Positions 50,198 through 63,951 of a stretch of 64,000 nt of DNA are shown one piece after another (within the stretch, counting starts at the first letter, position 1; each line of letters begins with the position of its first letter). Position numbers and translations under genes: made by a program. Origin of the DNA: an uncultured delta proteobacterium (GTDB lineage Bacteria > Myxococcota > UBA727 > VGSZ01); assembly GCA_963775425.1 (NCBI GenBank), contig CAVZJB010000005.1:728605-792604 (forward strand), in the 5' to 3' direction. The notes below the pieces were generated by a model. The model saw only the letters and a program-made list of their open reading frames with translations. It ran no database searches and had not been told where the DNA came from.

Positions 50198-51055
50198 GTG
50201 CGCGTCTCGTTCGCCAAATACGAGGGCCTCGGCAACGACTTCGTCATCGTCGACCGCCTCGACGAGCACGGCGGCGCGCCTCCGGAGCGAGGCCTCCCGC
50301 TCTCCGCGCGCGTGGCGCTGTGCGATCGCTACCGCGGCGTCGGCGCCGACGGCGTCCTCACCGTGCTCCCGCCCCGCACGCCGGGGGCGCGCGCGCGCAT
50401 GCACGTCACCAACGCCGACGGCAGCGAGCCCGAGATGTGCGGCAACGGGCTGCGCTGCGTGGCGCTGTACCTCGTCGACGGCGGCCGCGCGCGCCGGGGT
50501 GAGGAGATCGCCGTCGACACGGGTGCCGGCGTCCGCCGCGCCCTGGTCCTCGAGGACGACGGCGTGCGCGTCGACATGGGCCCGGCGCGCTTCGACGTCG
50601 ACGGGCAGATCCCGGCCTGGCGCGACGAGCCCCTCGTCGTCGACGGCCTCAGTGTGCGCGCCGCCGCCGTGAGCATGGGCAACCCGCACTGCGTCGTCGA
50701 CGTGGACAAAGCGGCGGGCGACCTCCACGAGCTCGCCGCGCGCCTCGGGCCCGTCCTCGAGCGCGACCCGCGCTTCCCGCAGCGCACCAACGTCGAGCTC
50801 GTGCGCCTCCGGGACGACGGCGGCGTCGACGTGGCGGTCTGGGAGCGCGGCGTCGGCATCACCCAGGCGTGCGGCACCGGCGCGTGCGGCGTCGCCGCCG
50901 TGCTCGCGCGCGCCGGCCGCGTGCCCTTCGACGCCGATGTCGCCGTGCACCTCCCGGGCGGCACGCTCGTCGTGAAGGTCCCGCGGGATCCCGCCGCGCC
51001 GGTGTGGATGACCGGGCCGGCCCGCCGCGTGTTCTCCGGCACGGTCGACGCCTGA
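50198..51055 (+). CDS. dapF: Diaminopimelate epimerase
   Basis: KYEGLGNDF, NADGS.PEMCGNG, SMGNPH, TNVE, WERGVGITQACGTG. Confidence 0.96.
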   Translation: MRVSFAKYEGLGNDFVIVDRLDEHGGAPPERGLPLSARVALCDRYRGVGADGVLTVLPPRTPGARARMHVTNADGSEPEMCGNGLRCVALYLVDGGRARRGEEIAVDTGAGVRRALVLEDDGVRVDMGPARFDVDGQIPAWRDEPLVVDGLSVRAAAVSMGNPHCVVDVDKAAGDLHELAARLGPVLERDPRFPQRTNVELVRLRDDGGVDVAVWERGVGITQACGTGACGVAAVLARAGRVPFDADVAVHLPGGTLVVKVPRDPAAPVWMTGPARRVFSGTVDA

Positions 51056-51171
51056 CGCGCCGTGGCGCGACGCGCGCTACGCACCGCCGCCGCGGGCGCA
51101 CGGGCCTTGCGACGACGACGGGGACAGCCTAATCGGGTCCGGTCGACTTTCTGCCGCTTTGGAGGTTTGCC

Positions 51172-52278
51172 ATGGGTGTCTTCGAGGAGCTCGCGAAGAA
51201 GGATCACGAGCAGGTCATCTACCTGCACGACGAGGACTCGGGCCTCAAGGCCATCGTCGCCGTGCACGACACCACGCTCGGGCCCGCGCTCGGCGGCTGC
51301 CGCATGTGGCAGTACGACAACGAAGACCTCGCGCTGCGCGACGTGCTGCGCCTCTCCCGCGGCATGACCTACAAGAGCGCCGCCGCCGGCCTGAACCTCG
51401 GTGGTGGCAAGGCCGTCATCATCGGAAACCCCAAGACCGACAAGAGCGAGGCGCTGTTTCGCGCCTACGGCCGCTTCGTCCAGGGGCTCGCCGGGCGCTA
51501 CATCACGGCGGAGGACGTCGGGACCACCGTGCGCGACATGGAGTGGGTCCGCATGGAGACCGACTTCGTCACCGGCATCTCCCGCGCGCTCGGCGGCTCG
51601 GGTGACCCGTCGCCCGTGACCGCGCTCGGCTGCTACGAGGGCATCAAGGCGTCGGTGAAGTGGACCACCGGCAACGAGTCGCTCGAGGGCAAGAAGATCG
51701 CCATCCAGGGCGTCGGCGCCGTCGGCTACCACCTGGTGCAGCACCTCACGCGCGACGGCGCCAAGGTGTTCGTCTGCGACATCGACCAGGAAAACCTCAA
51801 GCGCGTCACGTCGGATTTCCGCGGCGTCGAGGTCGTCGGCACCGACAAGATCTACGGCGTCGACTGCGACGTCTTCGCGCCCTGCGCCCTCGGCGCCGTC
51901 GTCAACGACGAGACCATCCCGCAGCTCAAGTGCTCCATCATCGCCGGCTCGTCCAACAACCAGCTCGCCGACGAGGACAAGCACAGCCAGATGCTCGAGA
52001 AGAAGGGCATCCTCTACTGCCCCGACTACGTCATCAACGCCGGCGGGCTCATCAACGTCGCCAACGAGCTCGAGGGCTACAACCGCGAGCGCGCGGTGCA
52101 GCAGGCGGCGAGCATCTACAACATCGTCACGTCCATCTACCAGATCGCGCGTGACGAGAAGATCACCACGGCCCGCGCCGCCAACGCCCTCGCCGAGCGC
52201 CGCATCCAGCGCATCGGTCGCATCAAGGGCACGTACACGGGCCTCGCGGTGCAGAAGCGCGCGCGCGGCATCATCTGA
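51172..52278 (+). CDS. Leucine dehydrogenase (Glu/Leu/Phe/Val dehydrogenase family)
   Basis: LGPALGGCRM, GMTYK, GGGKAVI, TAEDVG, GDPSPVTA, PCALG, NNQL; GGAGG RBS. Confidence 0.93.
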   Translation: MGVFEELAKKDHEQVIYLHDEDSGLKAIVAVHDTTLGPALGGCRMWQYDNEDLALRDVLRLSRGMTYKSAAAGLNLGGGKAVIIGNPKTDKSEALFRAYGRFVQGLAGRYITAEDVGTTVRDMEWVRMETDFVTGISRALGGSGDPSPVTALGCYEGIKASVKWTTGNESLEGKKIAIQGVGAVGYHLVQHLTRDGAKVFVCDIDQENLKRVTSDFRGVEVVGTDKIYGVDCDVFAPCALGAVVNDETIPQLKCSIIAGSSNNQLADEDKHSQMLEKKGILYCPDYVINAGGLINVANELEGYNRERAVQQAASIYNIVTSIYQIARDEKITTARAANALAERRIQRIGRIKGTYTGLAVQKRARGII

Positions 52279-52357
52279 GCCCTTCGTCGTCCGCGGCGGC
52301 GCCGCCGCGGGCATGATCTCGGTCGCCCGCGCGCCTCGCGCTCGGGCACCGTGGGCC

Positions 52358-52801
52358 ATGAGCGTGCTCGAAGGCTATCCCGTCGTCGTCGACGTCCCCG
52401 TGCGTTGGGGCGACATGGACGCGTACGGCCACGTCAACAACGCCCGCTATCTCACCTTCTTCGAGACCGCGCGCATCGCGTACTTCGAGGCGCTCGCGTT
52501 GCCGGGCTGGGTCACGCGCGGCGACGTCGGGCCCATCGTGCACTCCACCACGTGCCGCTACCGCATCCCGGTCACGTATCCCGACACGCTCGTGGTCGGC
52601 TGCCGCATCCGCGAGCGCGCCGCGCTGCCCGAGGGCGCCGATCGCTTCACCATGGAGCTGTGCGCGCGCTCCGTGCGCCACGACGCCGTCGCCGCCGACG
52701 GCACCTGCGTCGTCGTCGTCTACGACTACGCCCACGCAAAGAAGGCGCCGGTCACCGACGCGCTGCGCGAGGCCATCGCCCGGGTCGAGGCCGCGCGATG
52801 A
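52358..52801 (+). CDS. Acyl-CoA thioesterase (4HBT hot-dog fold)
   Basis: VRWGDMDAYGHVNNARYLTFFETAR. Confidence 0.9.
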   Translation: MSVLEGYPVVVDVPVRWGDMDAYGHVNNARYLTFFETARIAYFEALALPGWVTRGDVGPIVHSTTCRYRIPVTYPDTLVVGCRIRERAALPEGADRFTMELCARSVRHDAVAADGTCVVVVYDYAHAKKAPVTDALREAIARVEAAR

Positions 52802-52824
52802 GCGCGCCTGCACCCGGGTGCCCC

Positions 52825-52900
52825 TGGCGCGGGGGCGCGTCCCCCGCTGGGGACAGAAGCTCTCCCCTGTGGCGCCGGGGCTCGTCCCCCGCCGGGGACA
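52825..52900 (+). repeat. Two 31-nt palindromic direct repeats (28/31 identical) upstream of RNase G/E
   Basis: TGGCGCGGGGGCGCGTCCCCCGCTGGGGACA at 52825 and TGGCGCCGGGGCTCGTCCCCCGCCGGGGACA at 52870. Confidence 0.85.
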
Positions 52901-52925
52901 CCGATTCTCGATTTGAGGTTTTGCC

Positions 52926-54538
<1,613 letters not shown>

Positions 54539-54542
<4 letters not shown>

Positions 54543-54871
54543 AGACCACGCGCAGGCAGGCGGACCGGATCGAGGTGAACCACGAGTTCCAGTCCATCGA
54601 GGAGTTCATCACCGAGTACGTGAGCGACATCTCGCGGACCGGCGTCTTCATCCGCTCCGACGATCCGCTGCCCGTCGGCACCAAGGTCGACCTGCGGTTC
54701 ACCGTGATCGACGTCGACTTCGAGACCATCGAGGGCGTGGGGGAGGTCACGCGCGTGGTGCCGCCCGGCGGCAAGGAAACGCCCGGCATGGGCGTGGTCT
54801 TCGTCGAGCTGACGCGGTCGAGCCAGACCCTCGTGGAGCGGCTCCTGACGCGGCGGGGCGCTAAAACCTGA
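54539..54871 (+). CDS. Stand-alone PilZ domain protein (TIGR02266-like)
   Basis: RRQADR, DISRTGVFI, PLPVGT, PGMGVVF; ATGA overlap with rng. Confidence 0.88.
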
Positions 54872-55001
54872 CGTCTACGTCAGAGTGGCTCGGACCGCCG
54901 TGACTCGCTCCGTGGTTCCGCTTGCTTTCCGAGCGGGCCCTGACGCACGATGCAGCACTGATCGAGATCAGGACTCGAGAGAAACACGGAGAGGAAATTC
55001 G

Positions 55002-55337
55002 ATGGCGTACGTGATCACCAGCAAGTGCGTGTCCGAGGTGTACGCGGCGTGCCAGCAGGTCTGTCCCGCGGACTGCATGCACTACGTGGCGGCCCTCCCC
55101 GCGGGTTACCCGAGTGCCGGGCAGCCGTGGATGTCGATCGATCCCAACGAGTGCATCGACTGCGGCGCGTGCAAGCCCGAGTGCCCCATCGATGCCATCG
55201 TCGACTCGCCTGACAAGGACCAGTACTGGTCCCAGATCAACGCGAACCTCGGCCCCGTCTACAAGGGCCAGAAGGCGACGCCGCGCGCGAAGACCGAGGC
55301 CCCGCGCCGCCCGGACAACACGCTCGTCAACACCTGA
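55002..55337 (+). CDS. 7Fe-type ferredoxin
   Basis: C-x7-C-x3-CP-x2-C plus CIDCGACKPECP; GAGG RBS. Confidence 0.88.
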   Translation: MAYVITSKCVSEVYAACQQVCPADCMHYVAALPAGYPSAGQPWMSIDPNECIDCGACKPECPIDAIVDSPDKDQYWSQINANLGPVYKGQKATPRAKTEAPRRPDNTLVNT

Positions 55338-55360
55338 GCGTCGTCGACAACCGCTTCGAC

Positions 55361-55391
55361 AGGCGGGGGCTCGTCCCCCGCCTTTTTCTTT
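55361..55391 (+). terminator. Rho-independent terminator
   Basis: AGGCGGGGG-CTCGT-CCCCCGCCT followed by a T-run, between convergent genes. Confidence 0.85.
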
Positions 55392-55394
55392 GGC

Positions 55395-55796
55395 CTACTC
55401 GCCGTTTTCGTCGAGGAACTGCTCGAGCGCCTTGAGCGCGTCGGGCGCGACGTCGGTGAAGCGCAGGCCCATGCCGAGCCCGTCCTTCACCTGGGGCGTG
55501 TTCACGATCTCGCCCTGCGCCTCGATGACGTTGCCCGAGCCGGGCAGCGAGAACTTGAGCTTCACCTTGGTCCCGAGCGCGTGCGGGATGGTCTGCTCGA
55601 AGTAGATGCCGCCGATGCTGACGTTGCCGGTGCGGCGGAAGTAGAGCTCGTTGCCCTTCTCCTCCTCGACCCACAGGTCGAGGGGGACGCGGGCGGCGGT
55701 GCGCCGGTCGTGCTGGCGGCGGTCCGTGCGGCGCCGGTCGGAGGTCACCGGAACGGTCCTCCCCCGGCGGTCGGCCCGGCGGCGATCGGTGCTCAT
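55395..55796 (-). CDS. Stand-alone PilZ domain protein with N-terminal DRR repeats
   Basis: RRTAAR, GNVSIGGIYF, GMGLRF. Confidence 0.88.
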   Translation of the reverse strand: MSTDRRRADRRGRTVPVTSDRRRTDRRQHDRRTAARVPLDLWVEEEKGNELYFRRTGNVSIGGIYFEQTIPHALGTKVKLKFSLPGSGNVIEAQGEIVNTPQVKDGLGMGLRFTDVAPDALKALEQFLDENGE

Positions 55797-55852
55797 GAAT
55801 CCGACTCTACCCGAAAGCCCGCCGCGCTCAATCGACATCGGCGACCGGAGAG

Positions 55853-57136
55853 TCAGCTCCGCGCCAGGCGCGCGGCCGCTTCGAGCACGCGGGAGGCGCG
55901 CAAGACGCCCTTGAAGACCACCAGCGCCGACGGCGCCTCCTCGGGCAGCGCCTGCTCGCTGACGCGCAGCCGCTCGCTCGCGCAGAACACGACGCGGTAG
56001 GGCAGGCCCTTGTCGACGAGCTCCACCCGCTTCCAGACGGCGGCGCGGCTCCAGAAGCCGAGGACCTCGACGTAGACCACCTCGCCCGTCGCCGCGTCCT
56101 CGAGGACCACGTCGGGGACGATCACGCCCGCCCCCGGGACGCGCAGGATCTCGGTGGCCACGCGCCCGGTGAAGCGGCCGCCGGCGGCTCCGATGTCGTC
56201 GAGGAGCGCCCGGGTCACCTCCGGCAGCCTCGCCGCCCCGGCCGCGGCGTCGCCCGCCGCCCCCCGGGCGCCGCGAACGACGAGGCGCTCGACCGCGCCC
56301 CCGGGCCGCAGCTTCACCTCGGCGTCGAGGACGAAGCGGCGGCAGGCGAGGACGTGCGGCAGCAGGAGCGCGAGCTTGAGGCCGTAGCGCGTGCTCTGCT
56401 GAAACAACCCCATCGGACCCTCGACGACGAGGCGCACGCTGTCGGCCCCGGTGCCCGCGGCGGTGCCGGCGCCGTCGACGTCGACGCCGTCACCGCCGTC
56501 GACCTCGAAGAGGAGCTGGTGGAGCTTCAGGGCACGCAGGAGCCCGCGCAGCTCGAGCGCGCTCGCCTCGACGTCGACGGTCAGGCGCACGGCGCGCAAG
56601 AGCACCGCCTGGAGCTCGGCGACCTCGTAGCGCTCGACGAGGTGTGCCGCCTCGCCGACGTCGAGCCCGCGCACGGCGTGGGCGGCGGACAGGTCCGCGA
56701 ACAGGGCGCGCTCCACGTCGGCGGTGGACACGGCGCCGGCGTCGTCGCTCGAAAACAGGGCCGCGGCGTCGGCGAGCACCCGCGCGCGATCGAACGCGCC
56801 TTCAAGGCGCGCGCGCGCGGCGGCGCCGAAGACCTCGGCGCGGACGGCCTCGGGGTCGAGGGTGGTGTCGACGTCGAAGTCGCACGCGTCGAGGGTGAGC
56901 TTCTTCAAGCCGCGCGCGAGCCGCACCTCGTCGCCGCCGCCGCGCACCGGCGGCCCCACCGGGAGCTCGTCGAGCGCGTCCTCGAGCGCCGCCCGCGCCT
57001 CCCCCGCGTGCGCCTGCGCCGCCTCGACGGCGAAGCCCGCGAGCTCGAGCGCGCGCTCGCGGGCGACGCCGCACAGGGGCACGACCTCGACGAGGCCCTT
57101 TTTGCGGCGGAGCTTCACGTGATCGAGCGTGAGCAC
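55853..57136 (-). CDS. DUF790 family (Bax1-like) nuclease
   Basis: ALFADL, LQAVLLRA, EGPMGLFQQSTRYGLKLA, VPDV...VEVLGFW. Confidence 0.85.
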   Translation of the reverse strand: MLTLDHVKLRRKKGLVEVVPLCGVARERALELAGFAVEAAQAHAGEARAALEDALDELPVGPPVRGGGDEVRLARGLKKLTLDACDFDVDTTLDPEAVRAEVFGAAARARLEGAFDRARVLADAAALFSSDDAGAVSTADVERALFADLSAAHAVRGLDVGEAAHLVERYEVAELQAVLLRAVRLTVDVEASALELRGLLRALKLHQLLFEVDGGDGVDVDGAGTAAGTGADSVRLVVEGPMGLFQQSTRYGLKLALLLPHVLACRRFVLDAEVKLRPGGAVERLVVRGARGAAGDAAAGAARLPEVTRALLDDIGAAGGRFTGRVATEILRVPGAGVIVPDVVLEDAATGEVVYVEVLGFWSRAAVWKRVELVDKGLPYRVVFCASERLRVSEQALPEEAPSALVVFKGVLRASRVLEAAARLARS

Positions 57137-57196
57137 CGGGGCATGCTACTCGCGCCCCGGCGGTTTCGCGCGCGCGCGGATGCTACATGGGGGCGG

Positions 57197-57885
57197 ATGC
57201 CAGCTTTCCCTCCGGCCAAGCCGCACGGCCCCTTGCGCGAGATGCTCGACGGCGTCTTCGTCGTCACCGGGCGACACGGCGTGGGGCCGTTCATCGCCAC
57301 GCGCAACATGACGGTGCTCCGGCAGGGCGGCGCGCTCACCATCGTCAATTCCGTGCGCCTCGACGACGAGGGCGAGCGCGCGCTCGCCGCGCTCGGCACC
57401 GTGAAGAACCTGGTACGGCTCGGCTGGTTTCACGGCCTCGACGACCCGTACTACATGGAGCGCTGGCGGCCGCGCTTCTTCAGCCCCGCGCGGATGGTGC
57501 CCGTCAACGTCGACGAAGGCCTGCGCACCGACCTCGCCGAGGGGGCCACGGAATTCGGCGCGTGCTTCCGCTTCTCCGCCGGCGACTACGACGAGGCGGC
57601 GCTCTTGCTCGAAAGCGGCGCCCTCGTCACCTGCGACTCCGTTCAGAACCACGTCGACACCAAGGGCTTCTCGCTCCTCGGAAACGCCATGCTCCGCGTG
57701 GCCGGCCTCGTCGGCGGCGTGCGCGTCGGCACCGTGTGGGCGCGCAAGATGACCGGCGGCGCCCCGCGGCTGCTCGCCGGCGACTTCGCCCGCCTGACGG
57801 CGCTCCCGTTCCGCCACCTGCTGCCCGGTCACGGCGCGCCGCTCCTCGACGGCGCGCACGCCGCCGTCGCCGCCGCCGTCGCGCG

Positions 57886-57898
<13 letters not shown>
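57197..57898 (+). CDS. Metallo-beta-lactamase-fold protein (DUF4336-like)
   Basis: RNMTVLR, NSVRL, LG.V..LVRLG.FHGLDD, VTCD, LLPGHG. Confidence 0.72.
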
Positions 57899-59244
<1,346 letters not shown>

Positions 59245-59304
59245 GCACCGTTCATACCGCCTCCGGCACGGGTGTGGCGGGCGCGGTTGCGCTACGATCG
59301 CCTC

Positions 59305-59718
59305 GTGGTGCTTTGGGTCGGCGCGCGCGCGGTGGAGGAGCTGCTCGAGGCGGCGCGCCGGGATCCGGAGGTGTCGCGCGACGCGCTCGCGCGCGCGTCC
59401 GCAGACGTCGACCGCATCGACGTCCTCATGATCCTCGCGTGCAACCCGCCGCCGCTGCTCTCGGCGCTGGCGGCGGTGTGCGTCTTCGCGCTCACCGGGC
59501 CCTCGTGGCGCGCCGGCGCCGCCGCCGTCGCGCTCGTGCTCGCAGGGACGTTCGGCAGCTTCGCGGCCATCTGCCAGGCGGGCCGGCGCCGTCAACTGCG
59601 GCACCTGCGCGTCGCCTTGCGGGGCGAGGCCGCGCGCTTGTTGAACCTCGGCCACGGCGGCGCGTCCACCGCAGTGTCCTCGTCCTTCGTCGATCGCGCG
59701 CGCGCCTCTCGCGCGTAG
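59305..59718 (+). CDS. Small hypothetical membrane protein
   Basis: Two hydrophobic segments; TACGAT 6 nt upstream of GTG. Confidence 0.5.
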   Translation: MVLWVGARAVEELLEAARRDPEVSRDALARASADVDRIDVLMILACNPPPLLSALAAVCVFALTGPSWRAGAAAVALVLAGTFGSFAAICQAGRRRQLRHLRVALRGEAARLLNLGHGGASTAVSSSFVDRARASRA

Positions 59719-59726
59719 AGGTCGAC

Positions 59727-60338
59727 ATGTGCACTCACGCCCGCCTCCGCCCCTCCCTGCTCACCGCCGGCGCGCTCACGGCCGCGTTGGCGCTCATCGT
59801 CCCGCTCGGCGCGTGCGGCGGGTCGCTCTTCTGCGGCGGGTACGGCGAGCAGGACGAGGGCGGCGAGGGCGGCGGCGGCGGCCGTTGCGGCGGCGGCGGC
59901 GCGTATGCGGCCACGCCGCCCTCGGGCGTCCCGTCCGGCGCGGCGTGCTCGACCGGGATGTTCTGGCAGGGCGGCAACGAGGGGACCACCGCGATGCACC
60001 CCGGCGTCGACTGCATCACGTGCCACTCGGGCGGCGAGGGCCCGCGGTACTTCATCGCCGGCACCATCATGGGCGCGGTGGACGACGCCGACGATTGCCA
60101 GGGCGTGTCGGCGGTCACGGTGCAGATCACCGACGCCGACGGCGCCGTCCACGAGACCACCACCAACAGCGCGGGGAATTTCTTCTTCAACAGCTCGCTC
60201 CCCGTGCCGTACACCGTCAGCCTCGTGCGCGACGGCAACACGGTGTCGATGCTCACGCCGCAGTCGACGGGTGATTGTCTCTCCTGCCACACCGCCCAGG
60301 GCGCCGGCGGTGCCCCCGGTCGAATCGTCGCGCCCTGA
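59727..60338 (+). CDS. Diheme c-type cytochrome lipoprotein
   Basis: LGAC lipobox, MHPGVDCITCH, TNSAGNFF, GDCLSCH, PGRI. Confidence 0.82.
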   Translation: MCTHARLRPSLLTAGALTAALALIVPLGACGGSLFCGGYGEQDEGGEGGGGGRCGGGGAYAATPPSGVPSGAACSTGMFWQGGNEGTTAMHPGVDCITCHSGGEGPRYFIAGTIMGAVDDADDCQGVSAVTVQITDADGAVHETTTNSAGNFFFNSSLPVPYTVSLVRDGNTVSMLTPQSTGDCLSCHTAQGAGGAPGRIVAP

Positions 60339-60426
60339 CACGCGATTTCATCGCGGGGTCGCTCCCTCCGGTCGCATTTCCCTCCGTCGCGGGTAGAGTC
60401 CGGGCCTCCTTTGCCCCGGAGCGACC

Positions 60427-62470
60427 ATGCCCGTCGTCGGATTCTCGCCAGCACCTGCCCAAGCTCGAGACGCTCACCCCGCAGAACGTCCAACAGGAGC
60501 TCCGAAGCGCCAACCTGGGCGGCAGGCTCTCCGCCAGGGAAGCGCGCTTCATCAACGACGTCTTCGCCAAGTTCGGCGGAGACCCGTCCGTGAAGGACGC
60601 GCTCGCCCGCCTGCTGCAGGGCGTCGATCTCGGTGGCAACGCCGGCGCCGTCGCCACCACCGTCGCCGCGCTGCGCGGCGGCCAGGCGCCGCAGGTGGGC
60701 GCGGCGTCGGCGCAGCCGGTCGCCGTCGACTACCTCAAGGCGCTCGGCGTCGGCGACGCCAACGACGTGTTGAACCCGGGCAAGGTGCGCGACTTCGTCA
60801 AGAACAACACCAGCGCGACGCCCGAGCAGATCGCAAAGCACATGAAGCAGCCGGGCGACCTCTTCCGTGGCGTCGTCGAGATCGACCCCAAGGAGATGCT
60901 GCCTTCGCCTCTCGGCGACGCGCTCGCGGGCCCCATCACCATCGAGACGCACACCACGCAGTACCTCACGGCGGCGGGCAAGTACGGCAACAACGTGTTG
61001 CTCGTCGGCTCGGACCTCAAGGAGCTCGTGCCGGTGCTCAAGGAGATCAAGAAGCGCGGCGGCATCGTCATCAAGGACATGACGCACCGGGACCAGTCGT
61101 TCTGGGTGGCGGGGCCCAAGAAGGACGACCTCGGCAAGGCGTTCGAGGGTGACAACGGCGTCAAGGACACCACCCACCGCGGCATCCTCGACGTCGCCAC
61201 CGACGAAAACGGCAACGACACCGTGGTGTTCGCCGACTGGCCCGTCGGCTACGGCCACAACCTCACGGGCGACTACACGCCGCTGTGCTCCGTGTTCTCG
61301 CTCGACGACATGACGTTCAACGGGACGCCGCCGAGCGACGCGGAGAAGGCCTCCTACTACGACACCGTGCGCACGTACGAAGCGCTGTACTCGATGACGG
61401 TGCCGTTCACCAACAACGACTCGCGCGTCGGCTTCACCGACTACCACTTCAGCCCCATGGAGGACACGGAGGCCAAGGACATCACGGACCGCGTGGGCCA
61501 CGTCGTCGACGCCATGAGCGCGGACCCGGCCACGGCGGCGAAGGGGCAGGCGGCGCTGCGCGAGAGCACGTTCTACTGCGCCGAGGGTGCGGTCGCGTGC
61601 ATCGACTCGGCGGGCTGGGTGCCGCTCAACCAGGCGTCGGTGGACGCGGGCCTGTTGAACAAGGAGAGCTTCGACAAGCTCAAGGAGATGCAGCGCGTGT
61701 TCGACGCCGCCGGCGGCCAGACCGAGGGCAAGGCGCAGGACGGCTGGAAGGCGCTCGTCGCGGCGAAGCTCATCACGCAGGCGCAGTACGACAAGCTCGA
61801 GACCAACGGCATGCAGCACCGCCCGCTGCGCCTGTCCATCGACTCCCTCAAGCCGCTCGCGGCGTACGGCGCCGAGGGCCTCACCGACACCGGCGGCATC
61901 GTGAAGCCGCAGCACATCGGCGGCCTGGTGCAGGGCATGATGCACACGCAGTTCCCGCGCGAGACCATCGCCAAGGGTCTGGCGCAGCGCCTCATCGAGC
62001 GCGCGAGCGGGCCCGCGGCCGCGCAGCTCGTCGGCGGCGTCGCGCAGATGCTGGGGTTGCCGGCGAGCACGCCGCTGCCGCAGCTCGCGGGCGCGTTCGG
62101 CTGGGCGGTGAGCGCCAACTTCCAGGAGAAGATGATCGAGTCCTCGCAGATGCAGGACACCATGCGGCACGCCATGGGCTACGACCACATGGACGCGCCT
62201 TCGCAGAAGAAGGTCGACGATCTGATCAAGAAGTACGAGGTCGTCGTCGCCGATCCCCACCTCGACCGCGCCGCGCTCGACGCGAAGATCACCGCGCTCA
62301 ACAAGGAAGCGGCCAACACGGAGATCAACTTCCCGTCGCTCAACTGGAAGGGCTTGATTCGCCACGTGCCGCCGCAGGGCTCGCGCGACGTGCTCCTCGG
62401 CGTCGCAGGCGCGTCGTGGCCGGGGCTGCGTCCGGCGTTCGACATCCTCGACAAGGACCTCGGCACCTGA
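60427..62470 (+). CDS. Large hypothetical protein with possible permuted papain-like (NlpC/P60) motifs; apparent +1 frameshift at 60439-60440
   Basis: GGAG then ATG60427; removing one G gives [14 protein letters not shown] in frame with the long ORF; THRGI and FYCAE motifs. Confidence 0.72.
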
Positions 62471-62495
62471 GGCCGACGCTGCTGCAGGTGACACC

Positions 62496-63389
62496 ATGGA
62501 GCTCCTCCGCACGCCCGACGAGCGCTTCGCTGCGCTCCGGGACTATCCGTTCTCCCCGCATTACGTCGACGTGGACGGGGTGCGGGTGCACCACGTCGAC
62601 GAGGGGGACGCCGCCGCTGCGCCGATCCTCTTGATGCACGGGGAGCCGAGCTGGTCCTTCCTCTATCGCAAGATGATCCCGGCGCTCGTCGCCGCCGGGC
62701 ACCGCGTGATCGCCCCCGACCTCGTGGGCTTCGGCCGCTCCGACAAGCCCGCGCAGGCAGGCGACTACACGTACGCGCGCCACGTGGCGTGGATGGCGGC
62801 GCTCCTCGAGCGACTCGACCTGAAGGACATCACGCTGTTCTGCCAGGACTGGGGCGGGCTCATCGGTCTGCGCCTTGTCGCCGAGCACGGCGAGCGCTTC
62901 GCGCGGGTCATCGCGGCGAACACGGGATTGCCCACCGGCGACCGCAAGATGCCCGACGCGTTCTTGGAGTGGCAGCGCACGGCGAAGGAGCTGCCGGTGT
63001 TTCCGGTGTCGCGCATCGTCGCCGGCGGGTGCCAACGTGAATTGAGTGACGCCGAAGCAGACGCCTACGACGCTCCGTTTCCGACCGAGGCGTACAAGGC
63101 GGGCGCGCGCGTCTTCCCCTCGCTGGTGCCCACGCGGCCCGACGACCCGGCCAGCGACGACAACCGCCGCGCGTGGAAGGCGCTCGAGGCCTGGGACAAG
63201 CCCTTCCTCACCGCGTTCTCCGACGGCGACCCCATCACCGCGGGTGGCCACCGCGTCTTTCACAAGCTCGTCCCCGGCGCGCGCGGCCAGGAGCACGTCA
63301 CTATCGAGAGCGCCGGCCACTTCCTGCAGGAGGACGCGCCGGACGCGCTCGTCGGTGTCATCGACGGCTTCATCGCGCGCACGCGCTGA
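62496..63389 (+). CDS. Haloalkane dehalogenase (HLD-I type)
   Basis: [32 protein letters not shown] nucleophile, GHFLQED. Confidence 0.9.
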   Translation: MELLRTPDERFAALRDYPFSPHYVDVDGVRVHHVDEGDAAAAPILLMHGEPSWSFLYRKMIPALVAAGHRVIAPDLVGFGRSDKPAQAGDYTYARHVAWMAALLERLDLKDITLFCQDWGGLIGLRLVAEHGERFARVIAANTGLPTGDRKMPDAFLEWQRTAKELPVFPVSRIVAGGCQRELSDAEADAYDAPFPTEAYKAGARVFPSLVPTRPDDPASDDNRRAWKALEAWDKPFLTAFSDGDPITAGGHRVFHKLVPGARGQEHVTIESAGHFLQEDAPDALVGVIDGFIARTR

Positions 63390-63451
63390 CCGGTCGCCCG
63401 CGTGCTCTTCGCCACGCGGCGAAAGGGCGCGCCGGCGGGGTACCTTCGGGC

Positions 63452-63883
63452 ATGATCTCCCGCGCCGCCGCCCACGCCCTCCTCGTCGCCCTCGGCCTCA
63501 CCCTCGCGCCCCTCGCCCTCACCGCCTGCCCCCCCGCCGGCGGCGAGGGCGAAGGAGAGGGTGAAGGAGAGGGTGAAGGAGAGGGTGAAGGAGAGGGTGA
63601 AGGAGAGGGCGAAGGAGAGGGCGAGCCGGCGACTTGCGGCGGGGTGGCGGGGGCAGGGTGTGCGGGCGCGCTGACCTGTGTCGACGACCCGCGCGACGGC
63701 TGCGACCCACAAAACGGCGGCGCGGACTGCTCGGGCGTCTGCCTGGACGCGGGCACCCTTCAGAACTGTGCCGGCTTCGCCGGCCTCGCCTGCGACTCCG
63801 GCACTTGCGTCGACGACCCCCGCGACACCTGCGACCCCGGCACCGGCGGCGCCGACTGCGGCGGCCTCTGCGTGGACCTCTGA
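63452..63883 (+). CDS. Small lipoprotein with (GE)14 and two Cys-rich repeats
   Basis: LTAC lipobox; C.G.AG..C....CVDDPRD.CDP..GGADC.G.C twice. Confidence 0.8.
   Translation: MISRAAAHALLVALGLTLAPLALTACPPAGGEGEGEGEGEGEGEGEGEGEGEGEGEGEPATCGGVAGAGCAGALTCVDDPRDGCDPQNGGADCSGVCLDAGTLQNCAGFAGLACDSGTCVDDPRDTCDPGTGGADCGGLCVDL
63542..63625 (+). repeat. (Gly-Glu)14 coding repeat
   Basis: Includes GAAGGAGAGGGT x4. Confidence 0.92.
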
Positions 63884-63951
63884 CGGGCCAGGACGTTGTC
63901 GTGGAGCGAACGCCTTGCCCGACCCCCTCGATGGGCATAAGACAGCCCCAT

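Noticed and set aside
52825-52900. Possible mini-CRISPR array
   Set aside because: Only two units, the 14-nt spacer is too short, and there are no cas genes in the window.
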